This document shows, one piece after another, positions 46,765 to 56,821 of a DNA stretch of 64,000 nucleotides (position 1 is the stretch's first letter; each line of letters begins with the position of its first letter). A program made the position numbers and the translations under genes. Below the pieces are notes generated by a model, which saw only the letters and a program-made list of their open reading frames with translations, did no database searches and was not told the DNA's origin. This stretch comes from a bacterium (GTDB lineage: Bacteria; UBA8248): assembly GCA_963692865.2 (NCBI GenBank), contig OY843592.1:352001-416000 (forward strand). The letters are read 5' to 3'.

Positions 46765-47901
46765 CTACCAGAGCCGCCCGGACGCCAGGGCCGCGCCCTC
46801 GGCGAGTGCGGCCATCTTCATCCACACGATGCGCCGGTCCACCTGCACCCGGCCGGCGAAGGTGCCGAAACCGCAATCGACGCCGGCAATCACGTTCTCG
46901 CGCCCCACCGCCTCGGCGTAGCTCACGATGCGATCGGCCACCAGTTCGGGATGCTCCACGAAGTTGGACGTCGAATCGATCACGCCGGGGATGATGCTCT
47001 TGCCCTCCGGCAACTCGACTTCGCGCCACACTTTCCACTCGTGGCCGTGGCGCGGGTTCGCGCCGGGGAACGAAACGGCGCAGGGTTTCCCCTTCAAGAC
47101 GATGTCGATGATGTCCTTGATCGGAACGTCCTCATGGTGCGGCCCCAGCGTGCTGCCCCAGCAGATGTGCATCCGCATCCGCTCGGGCGCGATGTTCCGC
47201 ACCGCGTGGTTCAGGGCTTCGACGTGCATCTCGATTTCGGTGCGGAAATCGGCGAGGCTCAAATCGCGGAACACGGTGTGGCGGCTGAGCGCCAGGTCGG
47301 GGCAGTCGAGCTGCAGGAGCAGGCCCGCGTCCACAATCGCCTCGTACTCGCGGCGCATCACGTCCGCGAGCGCGAATATGTACTCCTCCTCGCTCGGGTA
47401 GTGGAGGTTCCTCAGATAGCGCGAAATCTGCCCCGGCGAGGGGGAGGTCATGAACGCCTCCTCCACGTCGGCGCGGCCGAGGACGCTCCTCGCGCGCTCG
47501 ATGTCCACTTGGGCGGCGGGCCAGTCCTTCCACGCCACGGGGCCGGAGCAGGCCGGACGGTTCTGGAGGGGCGAGGCGAATTGGGAGAGAATCTCGGCCA
47601 GTTCGGGAAAGCGCTCCTCGCCCGCGCCGAGCGGGGGCGAACTCGGCCCCTCGTATCCCGTCAGCCTGTGCTTGACGTGGGAGGTGTAATCGGGCCGGCC
47701 CTGCTCGCCGTCGTTGATCACGTCGACTCCCGCCGCCGCCTGTTTCTCCACGACGTCCTCTATCGCGCGCGCCACGGCGGCATCGAAAGCGTCGGAATCC
47801 ACTGCGCCCTCCTCCTGGGCCAGCAACAAATCGACCACCTCTGCGGGACGCGGCAGGCTCCCCGTGTGGGTCGTGAGTATTCTCTCCGTGCTTCGCTTCA
47901 T
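46765..47901 (-). CDS. Cobalamin-independent methionine synthase II-like (single-barrel MetE/XecA family) Zn enzyme
   Basis: TTHTGSLPRP, DGEQ, LQLDCPDL, Zn ligands HICWG and DCGF, VEHPELVADR. Confidence 0.88.
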   Translation of the reverse strand: MKRSTERILTTHTGSLPRPAEVVDLLLAQEEGAVDSDAFDAAVARAIEDVVEKQAAAGVDVINDGEQGRPDYTSHVKHRLTGYEGPSSPPLGAGEERFPELAEILSQFASPLQNRPACSGPVAWKDWPAAQVDIERARSVLGRADVEEAFMTSPSPGQISRYLRNLHYPSEEEYIFALADVMRREYEAIVDAGLLLQLDCPDLALSRHTVFRDLSLADFRTEIEMHVEALNHAVRNIAPERMRMHICWGSTLGPHHEDVPIKDIIDIVLKGKPCAVSFPGANPRHGHEWKVWREVELPEGKSIIPGVIDSTSNFVEHPELVADRIVSYAEAVGRENVIAGVDCGFGTFAGRVQVDRRIVWMKMAALAEGAALASGRLW

Positions 47902-47964
47902 GGCTCGATTCTCCTCGTTGCTGTCTCGTTTCGATTCAAGAACCCACATCAATAAATTTGATGA

Positions 47965-49455
47965 TCAAGAGCGGCTCCGCTCCCTCCAAAATGAAGTCCT
48001 CTTCAGAAAGACGCTGACGAGGTAGAGCAAGGCCAGGGCCAGAAACGCCAGGCTGATCGGCTTGCGGAAGAAGATGCCGGGGTCGCCGTCCGAGAGGATG
48101 AGCGACATTCGCGCGTTTTTCTCGAACACCGGACCCAGGATGATCGCCAGGAGCAGGGGCATGATGGGATAGTCGAACTTTTGCATGAAATAGCCCAGCA
48201 ATCCGAATCCGATCATCAGGAAGACGTCGAAAAAGCTGTTCTGGAGCGCGAATGCGCCGATGACGCAGAACACGGCGATGCTCGGGAAGAGAAGCCCCGG
48301 CGGCACGCGCAGCACCTGGACGAACAGGCGGATGCCCAGAAGCGCGATGACGATGGTCAGGAACAGCGCGATGAGAAAAGACCCGAATATCGAGAACACG
48401 AAACCGCCGTGGCTCTCGAACAGGAGCGGCCCCGGCGCGAGCCCCTGGATGGTAAGCGCGCCGAGCATCACGGCGGTGACGGGGTCGCCGGGGATTCCCA
48501 GCGTGAGCATCGGGATCATCGCGCCGCCGGTCATGGCGCTGTTGGCGGCCTCGGGCGCGGATACGCCCTCGAGCTTCCCCTCGCCGAACGATTCGGGCTC
48601 GGGAGAGCGGCGCTGCGCCGTGTTGTAGCTCAGCACGGCGGCGACGGCGCTTCCCGTGCCCGGCAGCAGGCCGATGGTGGTCCCGATGAGGGAGGATTGC
48701 GCGAGCGTCCTCCAGAGGCCGGCCAGGGTTCCGGGTGAGGGCAGCAGGTCGCGCAGGCGCGTCGAGAAATCCGGCAAGGAGACGGCGGAGCCGCGCATGC
48801 CCGATATGATCTCGGGCACGGCGAAAAGCCCTATCATCACCGGCAGGAAAGAAACGCCCTGTTGAATCTGCACGACGGAAAACGTGAAGCGCGGTATGGA
48901 GTCGATGGGGTCCATGCCGACGGTTGCGAAACTCAGGCCCAGTACGCCCGAGATGAGCGCCTTGCTCATCGAGGTTTGCGCGAAACCGCAGATGAGGCAA
49001 AGCCCCAGCAGGACCAGCGCGGCCAGTTCGGGCGCGCCGAACTTCAGGGCGAATTCCGCCAGCTGGGGCGCGATGGTCACCAGGCAGGCGAGGCTGAACA
49101 GCCCGCCCAGAAAACTCGAGAAAAACGCCACGCCCAGCGCGACCCCGGCCCGGCCCTTCCGGGCGAGCGGGTGCCCGTCGAGGCTCGTGACGATGGCGGC
49201 GGGGTTGCCGGGGATGTTGATCAGAATGGCCGAGATGCTGCCCCCCGTCATCCCGCCGACGAAAACGCCCACGAGGAGGCTCATCGACGTGACGCTCGCC
49301 ATGTGGAAGGTGAAGGGCAGCAGGAGAATGATGCCCATGCTCACCGTAAGGCCGGGGATGGCCGCGAAGACGATGCCCATGAAACTTCCCAGAACCGCGA
49401 ACAACAAAGGCTTCCACGCCAGCGCCTGGACGATGCCCTCCACCAGGAGTTCCAT
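47965..49455 (-). CDS. tctA: Tripartite tricarboxylate transporter large permease
   Basis: AIPGL, GGSISAILINIPG, APEAANSA, LTLGIPGD, PGPLLF. Confidence 0.92.
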   Translation of the reverse strand: MELLVEGIVQALAWKPLLFAVLGSFMGIVFAAIPGLTVSMGIILLLPFTFHMASVTSMSLLVGVFVGGMTGGSISAILINIPGNPAAIVTSLDGHPLARKGRAGVALGVAFFSSFLGGLFSLACLVTIAPQLAEFALKFGAPELAALVLLGLCLICGFAQTSMSKALISGVLGLSFATVGMDPIDSIPRFTFSVVQIQQGVSFLPVMIGLFAVPEIISGMRGSAVSLPDFSTRLRDLLPSPGTLAGLWRTLAQSSLIGTTIGLLPGTGSAVAAVLSYNTAQRRSPEPESFGEGKLEGVSAPEAANSAMTGGAMIPMLTLGIPGDPVTAVMLGALTIQGLAPGPLLFESHGGFVFSIFGSFLIALFLTIVIALLGIRLFVQVLRVPPGLLFPSIAVFCVIGAFALQNSFFDVFLMIGFGLLGYFMQKFDYPIMPLLLAIILGPVFEKNARMSLILSDGDPGIFFRKPISLAFLALALLYLVSVFLKRTSFWRERSRS

Positions 49456-49457
49456 CT

Positions 49458-49943
49458 TTAGAAGAGCCAGTCCTGTGGCAGGGGCACCTTGAGCACGTGG
49501 TGAAATACGTAATTCACCACAAATGCGAAGATAACGACGTAGGGAATGATGATTTTCCAGGAGCGGATGCCGCTCCACCAGATGGAGACGGCGAGAAACG
49601 CCACGACAGCGGCGGAAAAGCCGGCATACTGCATCAAGACCGCGAAACCCACGAGCAGGAGGCAGAGGATCATGGCGTCGAGTACGCCCTTGCGCTCTAT
49701 GGCGGTGTGCGCTTTTTCTTGCGCTTTACCGAGGCAGGCCGTACCGATATCGACCAGCGTCAGGACGATAAGCAGCGATGCCCAGAGCCAGGGGATGAAA
49801 GAAGGCCCCAGGGGACCTTCTTCCCCCGGCCCCTGGGGCAACTCCAGAATCAGCGAACCGTACCAGACGTAAAAAACCACCAGGAGGATCGGAACGCCGA
49901 GGCGTCCGACGCGCAGCCTGATTTTTTTGCTCTCCCCCGTCAT
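49458..49943 (-). CDS. tctB: Tripartite tricarboxylate transporter small permease
   Basis: Four to five TM segments, GPSFIP, C-terminal LKVPLP. Confidence 0.85.
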   Translation of the reverse strand: MTGESKKIRLRVGRLGVPILLVVFYVWYGSLILELPQGPGEEGPLGPSFIPWLWASLLIVLTLVDIGTACLGKAQEKAHTAIERKGVLDAMILCLLLVGFAVLMQYAGFSAAVVAFLAVSIWWSGIRSWKIIIPYVVIFAFVVNYVFHHVLKVPLPQDWLF

Positions 49944-49991
49944 GAACACCGGATCCCTTGTGGCTTTTCGTCATCGGCGCGATTCAGAAGT

Positions 49992-50948
49992 TTATTTTTT
50001 CTTCTTCTTGTCCAGGCCCAGCGAAACGACGACCTCCTTGATCAGAGCGTTCTGCTTGGCCACGAAGGCCGGGAACTTGTCCGGGCCCATGTAGGAGACC
50101 AGGAAACCCCTCTTCTCGGCGGTGGACAGGACTTTCGGATCCTTCGCAGCCGCCGAGAAGGCCTTGTGGAGCGCTTGAACCGCCTCTTTGGGCGTTCCCT
50201 TGGGAACGTGCAGTCCCCGGAACTGGTAAAAGCCGACGTCCCACCCGTGCTCGCTGAACAGGGGAACCTTGGGGTAGGCCGGGTGGCGCTTCGGGAAGGA
50301 AACGGCCAGCATGCGCACCTTGCCCGCCTTGTGGAGGGCCAGGACCTCGGGCGGATGGACGGAAATCGCGTCTACCTCGCCGCCCAGCAGGCTGGGCACG
50401 CGGCGTTTGCCCAGGGGGACGTGACGGAACTTGAAGCCCGCCTTTTGTGAGAGCGCGGAAGCCGTGAGCCTGGTGAAGCTGCCCGAACCGGCGCTTCCGA
50501 TCTTGAGCTTCTTCGATTTGGCCGCTTTCACGAGTTCGGGAAGCGATTTATACGGGGAATCGGCCCGGACGACGATGGCGGTTCCCTCGAACACCAGGCG
50601 GGAAACGTAATCCCAGGCGCGGTAGTCATAGGGCAATTTCCCCATGGTGGTGCCGGTCAGGATCGAGGCCGAGAGCCAGCCGATCTTGTACCCGTCGTTC
50701 GGCGCGGTCTTGACGTAGGCGAAGCCGATCGTGCCGCCCGCTCCCGGGCGGTTCACGGCGACGATGGGCTGGCCGAATACTTTCTCGGCCGCTTTCGCCA
50801 CGGTGCGGCCGGAGATGTCCGCAGCGCCGCCGGGTTTGAAGGTGATGGTCATCTCCACAGGCTTCGTCGGATAGGCCGCCGAGGCGGGCGCTGCAGATAC
50901 CCCCGCGACGACGAAGGCAAGTGCGAAAACCAGTAAAAACTTCTTCAT
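49992..50948 (-). CDS. tctC: Tripartite tricarboxylate transporter substrate-binding protein (Bug/TctC)
   Basis: Signal peptide, YPTKPV, PGGAADI.GR, NRPGAGG.IG, DGY, PKGTP. AGGAGG RBS. Confidence 0.92.
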   Translation of the reverse strand: MKKFLLVFALAFVVAGVSAAPASAAYPTKPVEMTITFKPGGAADISGRTVAKAAEKVFGQPIVAVNRPGAGGTIGFAYVKTAPNDGYKIGWLSASILTGTTMGKLPYDYRAWDYVSRLVFEGTAIVVRADSPYKSLPELVKAAKSKKLKIGSAGSGSFTRLTASALSQKAGFKFRHVPLGKRRVPSLLGGEVDAISVHPPEVLALHKAGKVRMLAVSFPKRHPAYPKVPLFSEHGWDVGFYQFRGLHVPKGTPKEAVQALHKAFSAAAKDPKVLSTAEKRGFLVSYMGPDKFPAFVAKQNALIKEVVVSLGLDKKKKK

Positions 50949-51013
50949 GGTGTTTCCTCCTTGAGATGCGCATGAAGTGCGCTGAGAAGTTTCTCGAAAC
51001 TCATGATGTCGTC

Positions 51014-52522
51014 TTAATCCCGATTCCAGGAATGCCATCTCGAAAGGCCGATGCAGACGCTCTTGATCTGGGTGTATTCGCGCAGGGCCTCCTCGCCGTG
51101 CTCCCTGCCGATGCCGCTTTTCTTCACGCCGCCGAAGGGAATCTCGGAGCCGTAGCGATAGGTGTTGATGAACACGTTTCCGCAATCAAGCTCCTGAGCG
51201 AGCCGATGCGCCCGGCGCAGGTCGCTCGTCCAGACGTAGCTCGCCAGCCCGAACTCCGTGGCGTTGGCGTCCCGCACCGCATCGTCGAGAGAGTCGTATT
51301 CATGAACGGTGAGAACGGGGCCGAAAATCTCATCGCACGCCGCCTTCATTCCCTGGTTCACGCCCGTGAGCACCGTGGGCTGCATGAAATTGCCGTCCGG
51401 TCCTCCTTCCGGCTTCGCGCTGTCACCACCGCAGGCGACGCGCGCCCCGTCGCCGAGAGCCGATTCGACGTAGCCGACGACGTCGGCGAGATGACCGGGA
51501 GAGATGAGCGGCCCCATGTCGGTCGCTTCATCCATGGCGTCGCCGACGTTTATTCCCTCGACGCGCTCTTTAATCCTCTCGACGAACGCATCGTGAATGG
51601 AACGCGGGAGGAACAGGCGCGTTCCGGCGAAACAGACCTCGCCCTGGCGGGCGAAAACCTGGCTCATCACGCCGTCCGCCGCTTCGTCGAGGTCTGCGTC
51701 CTCGCATACGATGATGGGCCCCTTGCCGCCAAGCTCCGCCAGCACGGGCGTCACGTTCTGCGCGGCGAGCCCCAGGACTTCCAGGCCGCCCTCGGTGCCG
51801 CCCGTGAAGACGATTTTTCTGATGTCGGGATGGCCCACGATCTTGGCGCCCGTCGAGCGCCCCGAACCCGCGACGATGTTGATCACCCCCGGCGGGAACC
51901 CGGCTTCTTCGACCAGTTTTCCGAAATAGAGCACAGACGCCAGGGCGACGGCGGAGGGTTTGACCACCACCGTGTTGCCGCAGGCAAGAGCGGCGGCCAG
52001 CCCCCGCGACATGAGCTTGAGCGGGGTGTTCCAGGGAACGATGATGGCCACGACGCCCAAAGGCTCCCTCGTCGAATACATGAGGCGGTCGTTCATGAGG
52101 GGCTGCGCGCCGCCCTCCACCTTTCCGGCCCATCCGGCGAAATACTCGAAATGGCGCGCGGAGGAGGCGGATTCAAGACGGCTCTCCCGGATGGGGATGC
52201 CCGTGTTGATCGCTTCGAGTCTCGCGAGGGTTTCTGAATGCTCGCGCATCAGGGCCGCGAGCTTCATAATCAATTTTCCGCGCTCCAGCGCGGGCATCTT
52301 CTTCCAGGACAGGTCGTGAAACGCCCGCCAGCAGGAGGCGACGGCCTCATCGACCTGCGCGTCAGAGGCGGGGAACAACTGGAAAATCGTCTCGTTGTTC
52401 GAGGGGTTGAGCACGTCTATCGGCTCGCCGCGCTCGCCCTTGACCCAGGCGCCGTCGATGTACTGCTGCTCCACCTCCTGGGTGAGGGGAAACTCGGCCA
52501 CCTTCACTAAACTACCAGACAT
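51014..52522 (-). CDS. Aldehyde dehydrogenase family protein
   Basis: IVPWN, FTGGT, catalytic ELGGK, GEVCFAG (Cys), EIFGPV, PFGGVKKSGIGRE. Confidence 0.93.
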   Translation of the reverse strand: MSGSLVKVAEFPLTQEVEQQYIDGAWVKGERGEPIDVLNPSNNETIFQLFPASDAQVDEAVASCWRAFHDLSWKKMPALERGKLIMKLAALMREHSETLARLEAINTGIPIRESRLESASSARHFEYFAGWAGKVEGGAQPLMNDRLMYSTREPLGVVAIIVPWNTPLKLMSRGLAAALACGNTVVVKPSAVALASVLYFGKLVEEAGFPPGVINIVAGSGRSTGAKIVGHPDIRKIVFTGGTEGGLEVLGLAAQNVTPVLAELGGKGPIIVCEDADLDEAADGVMSQVFARQGEVCFAGTRLFLPRSIHDAFVERIKERVEGINVGDAMDEATDMGPLISPGHLADVVGYVESALGDGARVACGGDSAKPEGGPDGNFMQPTVLTGVNQGMKAACDEIFGPVLTVHEYDSLDDAVRDANATEFGLASYVWTSDLRRAHRLAQELDCGNVFINTYRYGSEIPFGGVKKSGIGREHGEEALREYTQIKSVCIGLSRWHSWNRD

Positions 52523-52582
52523 CAAAAGCTCCTTTGGTTATAAGAACGTATCGATCAGACGCCCCAGGCGGGCTCCCGGGCT

Positions 52583-53272
52583 TTACATTTTCTCAGAATC
52601 CGGACCGGACCATTCCTCATCGCTCAGAACGTCTTGGTGGACCACGTCCTCCTCCACGGAAGAGACGACGTCCTTCGCCACCTGCTCATACCAGTCGGCC
52701 ACGTCCTTGGGGTAGTCCGTGTGGCTGGGGAGGTCCTTGATGAGGGGGCCTTCCACGGAGGGGATGTCGCTTACGCCGTCGAACTCCTGGGAATATACCC
52801 GCCCTTTTCGCGCGGCGAACTCCTTGTCGATCGTGGCGTCGAGCTTGAGCCACTTGCCGTCCAGATACGCCTCTCCCAGCGAGTGCCACGGCAGCTTCCG
52901 GTCGCCCCATATCTTGGCGACTTCCTCGTTCATGAAAGGCTTGTCGGGGCAATGGAGCTGCTGGAAGCCGATGCGCGAGGGGATGCCCGACGCCCGGCAG
53001 AGGGCGGCGAACATGCTGGCCTTGCCCATGCAGAACGCCTTGCCGTTGTTCAGCACGTCGCTCGCCTGCTTTTTCCCCTCCGCGAGGTAGCGGAACGAAT
53101 CGAGAATGTCATAGGGAAAATCGCGGACGAAATAATAGATATTGTTCAGTTTTTCCTTGTCGTCCGCGCAGCCGTCGGTGAGCTCTTCCGCTTTCGAGAC
53201 GATGTCGGGGTTGTCCGAATCGATGTATTCGGTGGGCTTCAGGTAATCGGCGAGTTCCTGGTTTTCATTCAT
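52583..53272 (-). CDS. Transglutaminase-like (papain-fold Cys-His-Asp) protein
   Basis: YLKPTEYIDSD, FCMGKA..FAALCRASGIPSR, WHS..EAYLDGKWLKLDAT. Confidence 0.85.
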   Translation of the reverse strand: MNENQELADYLKPTEYIDSDNPDIVSKAEELTDGCADDKEKLNNIYYFVRDFPYDILDSFRYLAEGKKQASDVLNNGKAFCMGKASMFAALCRASGIPSRIGFQQLHCPDKPFMNEEVAKIWGDRKLPWHSLGEAYLDGKWLKLDATIDKEFAARKGRVYSQEFDGVSDIPSVEGPLIKDLPSHTDYPKDVADWYEQVAKDVVSSVEEDVVHQDVLSDEEWSGPDSEKM

Positions 53273-53301
53273 TGGAAAATCTCCCTGCTCATAAGGGGGC
53301 C

Positions 53302-54309
53302 TCAGCCCCCGTTCGACAGACTCCTGACCTCGGGGAGAATCTCCTCTCCCGCGAGGCGAAGCATATCCATTTCCGCGACATCGGGGATCGTATACAGAAA
53401 ATGACGAACGCCCGCGTCGACGTATTCCATCATCCGCTGTACGCATTCCTCAGGTGTGCCCGCGATTATACCCGTTTGCGGAATGGCGGCAAACCGCTTC
53501 TTCTCCGCCTCGACCCGCGAGCGGTCACGGCTCGGCAAAAGAAGGCACATCAGGGAACGCCTGAGCGCTTCGGGGTCGCGCCCCGCCTCCTCGCAGTTGG
53601 CGTCGATCTCGTCTTTTCGTTCGAGATAGCGCTCCGGCGGCCACCAGCGCACGTTGAAGCCGTCCGCGTACCTGGCCGCGGCGCGAAGAACCTTTTTCCC
53701 CTCTCCGCCGATCCATATCGGGGGCGAGGGTTTCTGGACCGGCGGGGGGTCGCACACCGCGCCCTTGATCGCGTAATGCTCTCCCTCGAACGTGGGGTGA
53801 GGCTCCGTCCATATCTTACGGATCAGCTGAATGGCCTCTTCCATCTGGGCGATGCGGACCGAAGCTCTCGGGAATGGGATGCCGTATGCCTCGTATTCTT
53901 CCTGCATCCAGCCCGCGCCGAGCCCCAGATCGAGCCGCCCGCCGCTGATGTGATCCAGCGTCGCGCCCATTTTCGCCAGCACCGAGGGGATGCGGTAGGA
54001 GTTGCTGAGAACGCTGGTTCCGATGCGGAGCTTCTCCGTGACCTGGGAGAGGGCGCTGAGCGCCGTCCATGTTTCGAGAAGGGGAATGGAGCCCGAGCCG
54101 ACGCCTCCTGACTCTCCCTCGTCTTCGAAGCCTGCGTCTTTGGCATACGAACTCGGGTCGAGGGTCAGGAAGTGATCGCAAAGCCATACCGAATCGAAAC
54201 CCAGACGCTCCGCCTCCCGGGCCACCGATTTCATGTCCTCGAAGTTGCCGACGGCGAGTCCCCGGATGGTCAGGGCCATGATCAAACCGAATTCAACGCG
54301 GGAGTTCAT
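53302..54309 (-). CDS. Luciferase-like (LLM) flavin/F420-dependent oxidoreductase
   Basis: AERLGFDSVWLCDHF, LAKMGATLDHISGGRLDLGLGAGW, PPIWIGGEG. Confidence 0.9.
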   Translation of the reverse strand: MNSRVEFGLIMALTIRGLAVGNFEDMKSVAREAERLGFDSVWLCDHFLTLDPSSYAKDAGFEDEGESGGVGSGSIPLLETWTALSALSQVTEKLRIGTSVLSNSYRIPSVLAKMGATLDHISGGRLDLGLGAGWMQEEYEAYGIPFPRASVRIAQMEEAIQLIRKIWTEPHPTFEGEHYAIKGAVCDPPPVQKPSPPIWIGGEGKKVLRAAARYADGFNVRWWPPERYLERKDEIDANCEEAGRDPEALRRSLMCLLLPSRDRSRVEAEKKRFAAIPQTGIIAGTPEECVQRMMEYVDAGVRHFLYTIPDVAEMDMLRLAGEEILPEVRSLSNGG

Positions 54310-54349
54310 CCAGAATCCTCCTCGTTTCCATTGAAGTGAAAACAAAAAA

Positions 54350-55051
54350 TCATACGGCCAGATAGCGCGATTTCAGTTCCTCGTCCTCTTCAAGCTGCGC
54401 CACCGTGCCGTCGAAACGAACCCTGCCGTTGTCGATGATGTAGACGCGATCGGAGAGCCGGCAGGCGAAGCGGGTATTTTGCTCCACCAGCAACACGGCG
54501 ATCCCCTCCTCCCGGAGCGTCCCGATCATCTCGCCCACGTCCTTCACGATGGCCGGCGCCAGGCCTTCCGAGGGTTCATCGAGAAGAACGAGTTTCGGCG
54601 CCCCCATCAACGCGCGGGCGATGGCGAGCATCTGCTGTTCGCCGCCGCTGAGCTCGTTTCCCTTGTGGGCTTTCAATTGCTCAAGCTTGGGAAAAAGACC
54701 ATATATGCGCTCAAGAGTCCAGCCGCTTGGCCGATCCAGCTTGAAGGCGCCGATTTCGAGATTCTCCTCCACGCTCAGGCGGGAGAATATCCTCCTGTCC
54801 TCGGGCACGAAACCCACCCCTTTTCTGGCGATCTCATGCGGCTTCAGGCGCTGCACCTCCTCGTCCAGCCAGCGTACGCTTCCCTCCCGAGGGGGCGTCA
54901 GCCCCATGATGGAGCGCAGCGCCGTCGTCTTGCCCGCGCCGTTCCTGCCGAGCAGGCTCACCACCTCCCCTTCGGCGACCCTCATATCCACGTCGAACAG
55001 GATATGGCTGTCCCCGTAGAACGTGTTTATTTTCTCGACGGTGAGAATCAA
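54350..55051 (-). CDS. livF: Branched-chain amino-acid-type ABC ATP-binding protein
   Basis: GRNGAGKT, VPEDRRIF, LSGGEQQMLAI, DEPSEGLAP. Confidence 0.9.
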   Translation of the reverse strand: MILTVEKINTFYGDSHILFDVDMRVAEGEVVSLLGRNGAGKTTALRSIMGLTPPREGSVRWLDEEVQRLKPHEIARKGVGFVPEDRRIFSRLSVEENLEIGAFKLDRPSGWTLERIYGLFPKLEQLKAHKGNELSGGEQQMLAIARALMGAPKLVLLDEPSEGLAPAIVKDVGEMIGTLREEGIAVLLVEQNTRFACRLSDRVYIIDNGRVRFDGTVAQLEEDEELKSRYLAV

Positions 55052-55812
55052 ACCTCTTCTCCCAGGTAGGCGAGACGAACGAGGTCGTCGTTTCGAATCT
55101 CATCCGGCGTTCCCTCGGCGATGATGCTTCCCTGATGCAGGACGGATATGCGATCGGCGATCGAGAAAACCACGCTCATGTCGTGCTCGGTGAAGACGAC
55201 CGTCTTGTCGTGGGATATCTTCTTTACGAGATCGATGGTGCTCGAGGTCTCCTCGATGGACATGCCGGCCGTCGGCTCATCGAGCAGGATCAGCCGGGGT
55301 TCGAGCGCCAGCGTTATGCCCAGTTCCAGGTTTCTTCTCTCCCCGTGGCCCAGCTCGGTGGTCGGGTGATGCGCCTTGTGTCCGAGTTCCACCTCGCCGA
55401 GGATCGCGAGCGCCTCGTCCTGTTCTTCGGTGTGCTTCTCGATGGGGGAAAACATGTCCAGCGTCTTGCCCCGTCTCGCCAGAACGGCGATGCGGACGTT
55501 GTCCAGTACCGAGAGCCGGGGAAATATGTTCGTGATCTGAAAAGAGCGGCCCACCCCTTTTTTCACCACCGCGTGCGGAGGAAAGCCGGTAATGTCCTCG
55601 CCCTCGAAGAAAACGCCGCCCGCCGTCGGTTCGAGCTTCCCTGAAATCAGGTTGAAAAACGTGGTCTTCCCCGCCCCGTTGGGCCCGATGACGGCGCACA
55701 GTTCACCCGTTGGAACCTGGAAGTCCACCTCGTTCACCGCCAGAAGCGAACCGAACTGTTTGCTGAGAGCCTTGGTCTCAAGAACGGGCGTCGTCGCCAT
55801 CGTTTCCACCAA
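55048..55812 (-). CDS. livG: Branched-chain amino-acid-type ABC ATP-binding protein
   Basis: GPNGAGKT, GRSFQITNIF, LDEPTAGM, EHDM, AYLG. Confidence 0.9.
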   Translation of the reverse strand: MVETMATTPVLETKALSKQFGSLLAVNEVDFQVPTGELCAVIGPNGAGKTTFFNLISGKLEPTAGGVFFEGEDITGFPPHAVVKKGVGRSFQITNIFPRLSVLDNVRIAVLARRGKTLDMFSPIEKHTEEQDEALAILGEVELGHKAHHPTTELGHGERRNLELGITLALEPRLILLDEPTAGMSIEETSSTIDLVKKISHDKTVVFTEHDMSVVFSIADRISVLHQGSIIAEGTPDEIRNDDLVRLAYLGEEV

Positions 55813-56806
55813 TCGATAATCCGGATATCCACCCCTCGAAGAACCCCAGGATTCCGCCGGGGAGGAACAGTACCAGGAGCACCAGGATGCCGCCGACGAC
55901 GATCCGCCAGTACTCCATGAAATTCAATACCGTGTCCCGGATATATAAAAGCAGACCCGCGCCGAATGCCGGACCCAGGAAAGAGTACATGCCGCCCAGG
56001 ATCGTCATCAGAACGATCTCGCCCGATTGGGTCCAGTAGAGCAGATCGGGTGAGATATAACCCTGAAAAGTCGAGTATAGGCCGCCCGCGAAACCGCCGA
56101 GGGCGCCTGCGATGATGAAGGCGTACAGCTTGTACCTGTGCACCGGCAGGCCGATGAACTCCACGCGCTCGGGGTTCTCCCGGATGGCCTGCAGCACCCT
56201 GCCGAAAGGGGAATTCGCGATCTTCCACGCGAGGAAGATGAGCCCCGCCACGATGATCAGCACGAAGTAATAAAAGTTCGTGAACGATTCCAGCGATATG
56301 GTGAACGCGCCCGGAATCCCGATATCGGGCTTCGGGATGCCGAGCATCCCGTCGTCCCCGCCGGTGACGCCGCGCCAGTAGTAGGCGACGGTGTAGACGA
56401 CTTGGGAGAACGCGAGGGTCAGCATGGCGAAATAAAGCCCCGCCAGACGCACGCAAAAAACGCCCATGAACCAGGCGAGAAGGGCGCACGACGCGCCCGC
56501 CACAATCAGTCCGGCCCACATGGAGGGATAGACGTTCTTCGTCAGCAGGGCGAAGGCGTAGGCGCCCACGCCCAGATAGACCGCATGGCCCAGGGAGACG
56601 AGGCCGGTGTAGCCGATGAGAAAATTCAGGCTGATGGCGAGGAGGCTCGCGATCAGGATTTCCGTGCAAAGCTGAATGTAATAGTCACTCGTAACCAGAA
56701 ACGGCGCGAGAACGGCCAGGACGAGCAGGACCGAGACGCCGAAGCGCCCGGTGAGGCGCTCCGCGAGACGGCTTAAGAAAAATTTTCCACTCGATGCGCT
56801 ATTCAT
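55778..56806 (-). CDS. livM: Branched-chain amino-acid-type ABC permease
   Basis: GYTGLVSLGHA, YFAMLTLAF, TGGDDG, SPFGRVLQAIREN. Confidence 0.9.
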   Translation of the reverse strand: MNSASSGKFFLSRLAERLTGRFGVSVLLVLAVLAPFLVTSDYYIQLCTEILIASLLAISLNFLIGYTGLVSLGHAVYLGVGAYAFALLTKNVYPSMWAGLIVAGASCALLAWFMGVFCVRLAGLYFAMLTLAFSQVVYTVAYYWRGVTGGDDGMLGIPKPDIGIPGAFTISLESFTNFYYFVLIIVAGLIFLAWKIANSPFGRVLQAIRENPERVEFIGLPVHRYKLYAFIIAGALGGFAGGLYSTFQGYISPDLLYWTQSGEIVLMTILGGMYSFLGPAFGAGLLLYIRDTVLNFMEYWRIVVGGILVLLVLFLPGGILGFFEGWISGLSIGGNDGDDARS

Positions 56807-56821
56807 GGTCTTTTCACGTCC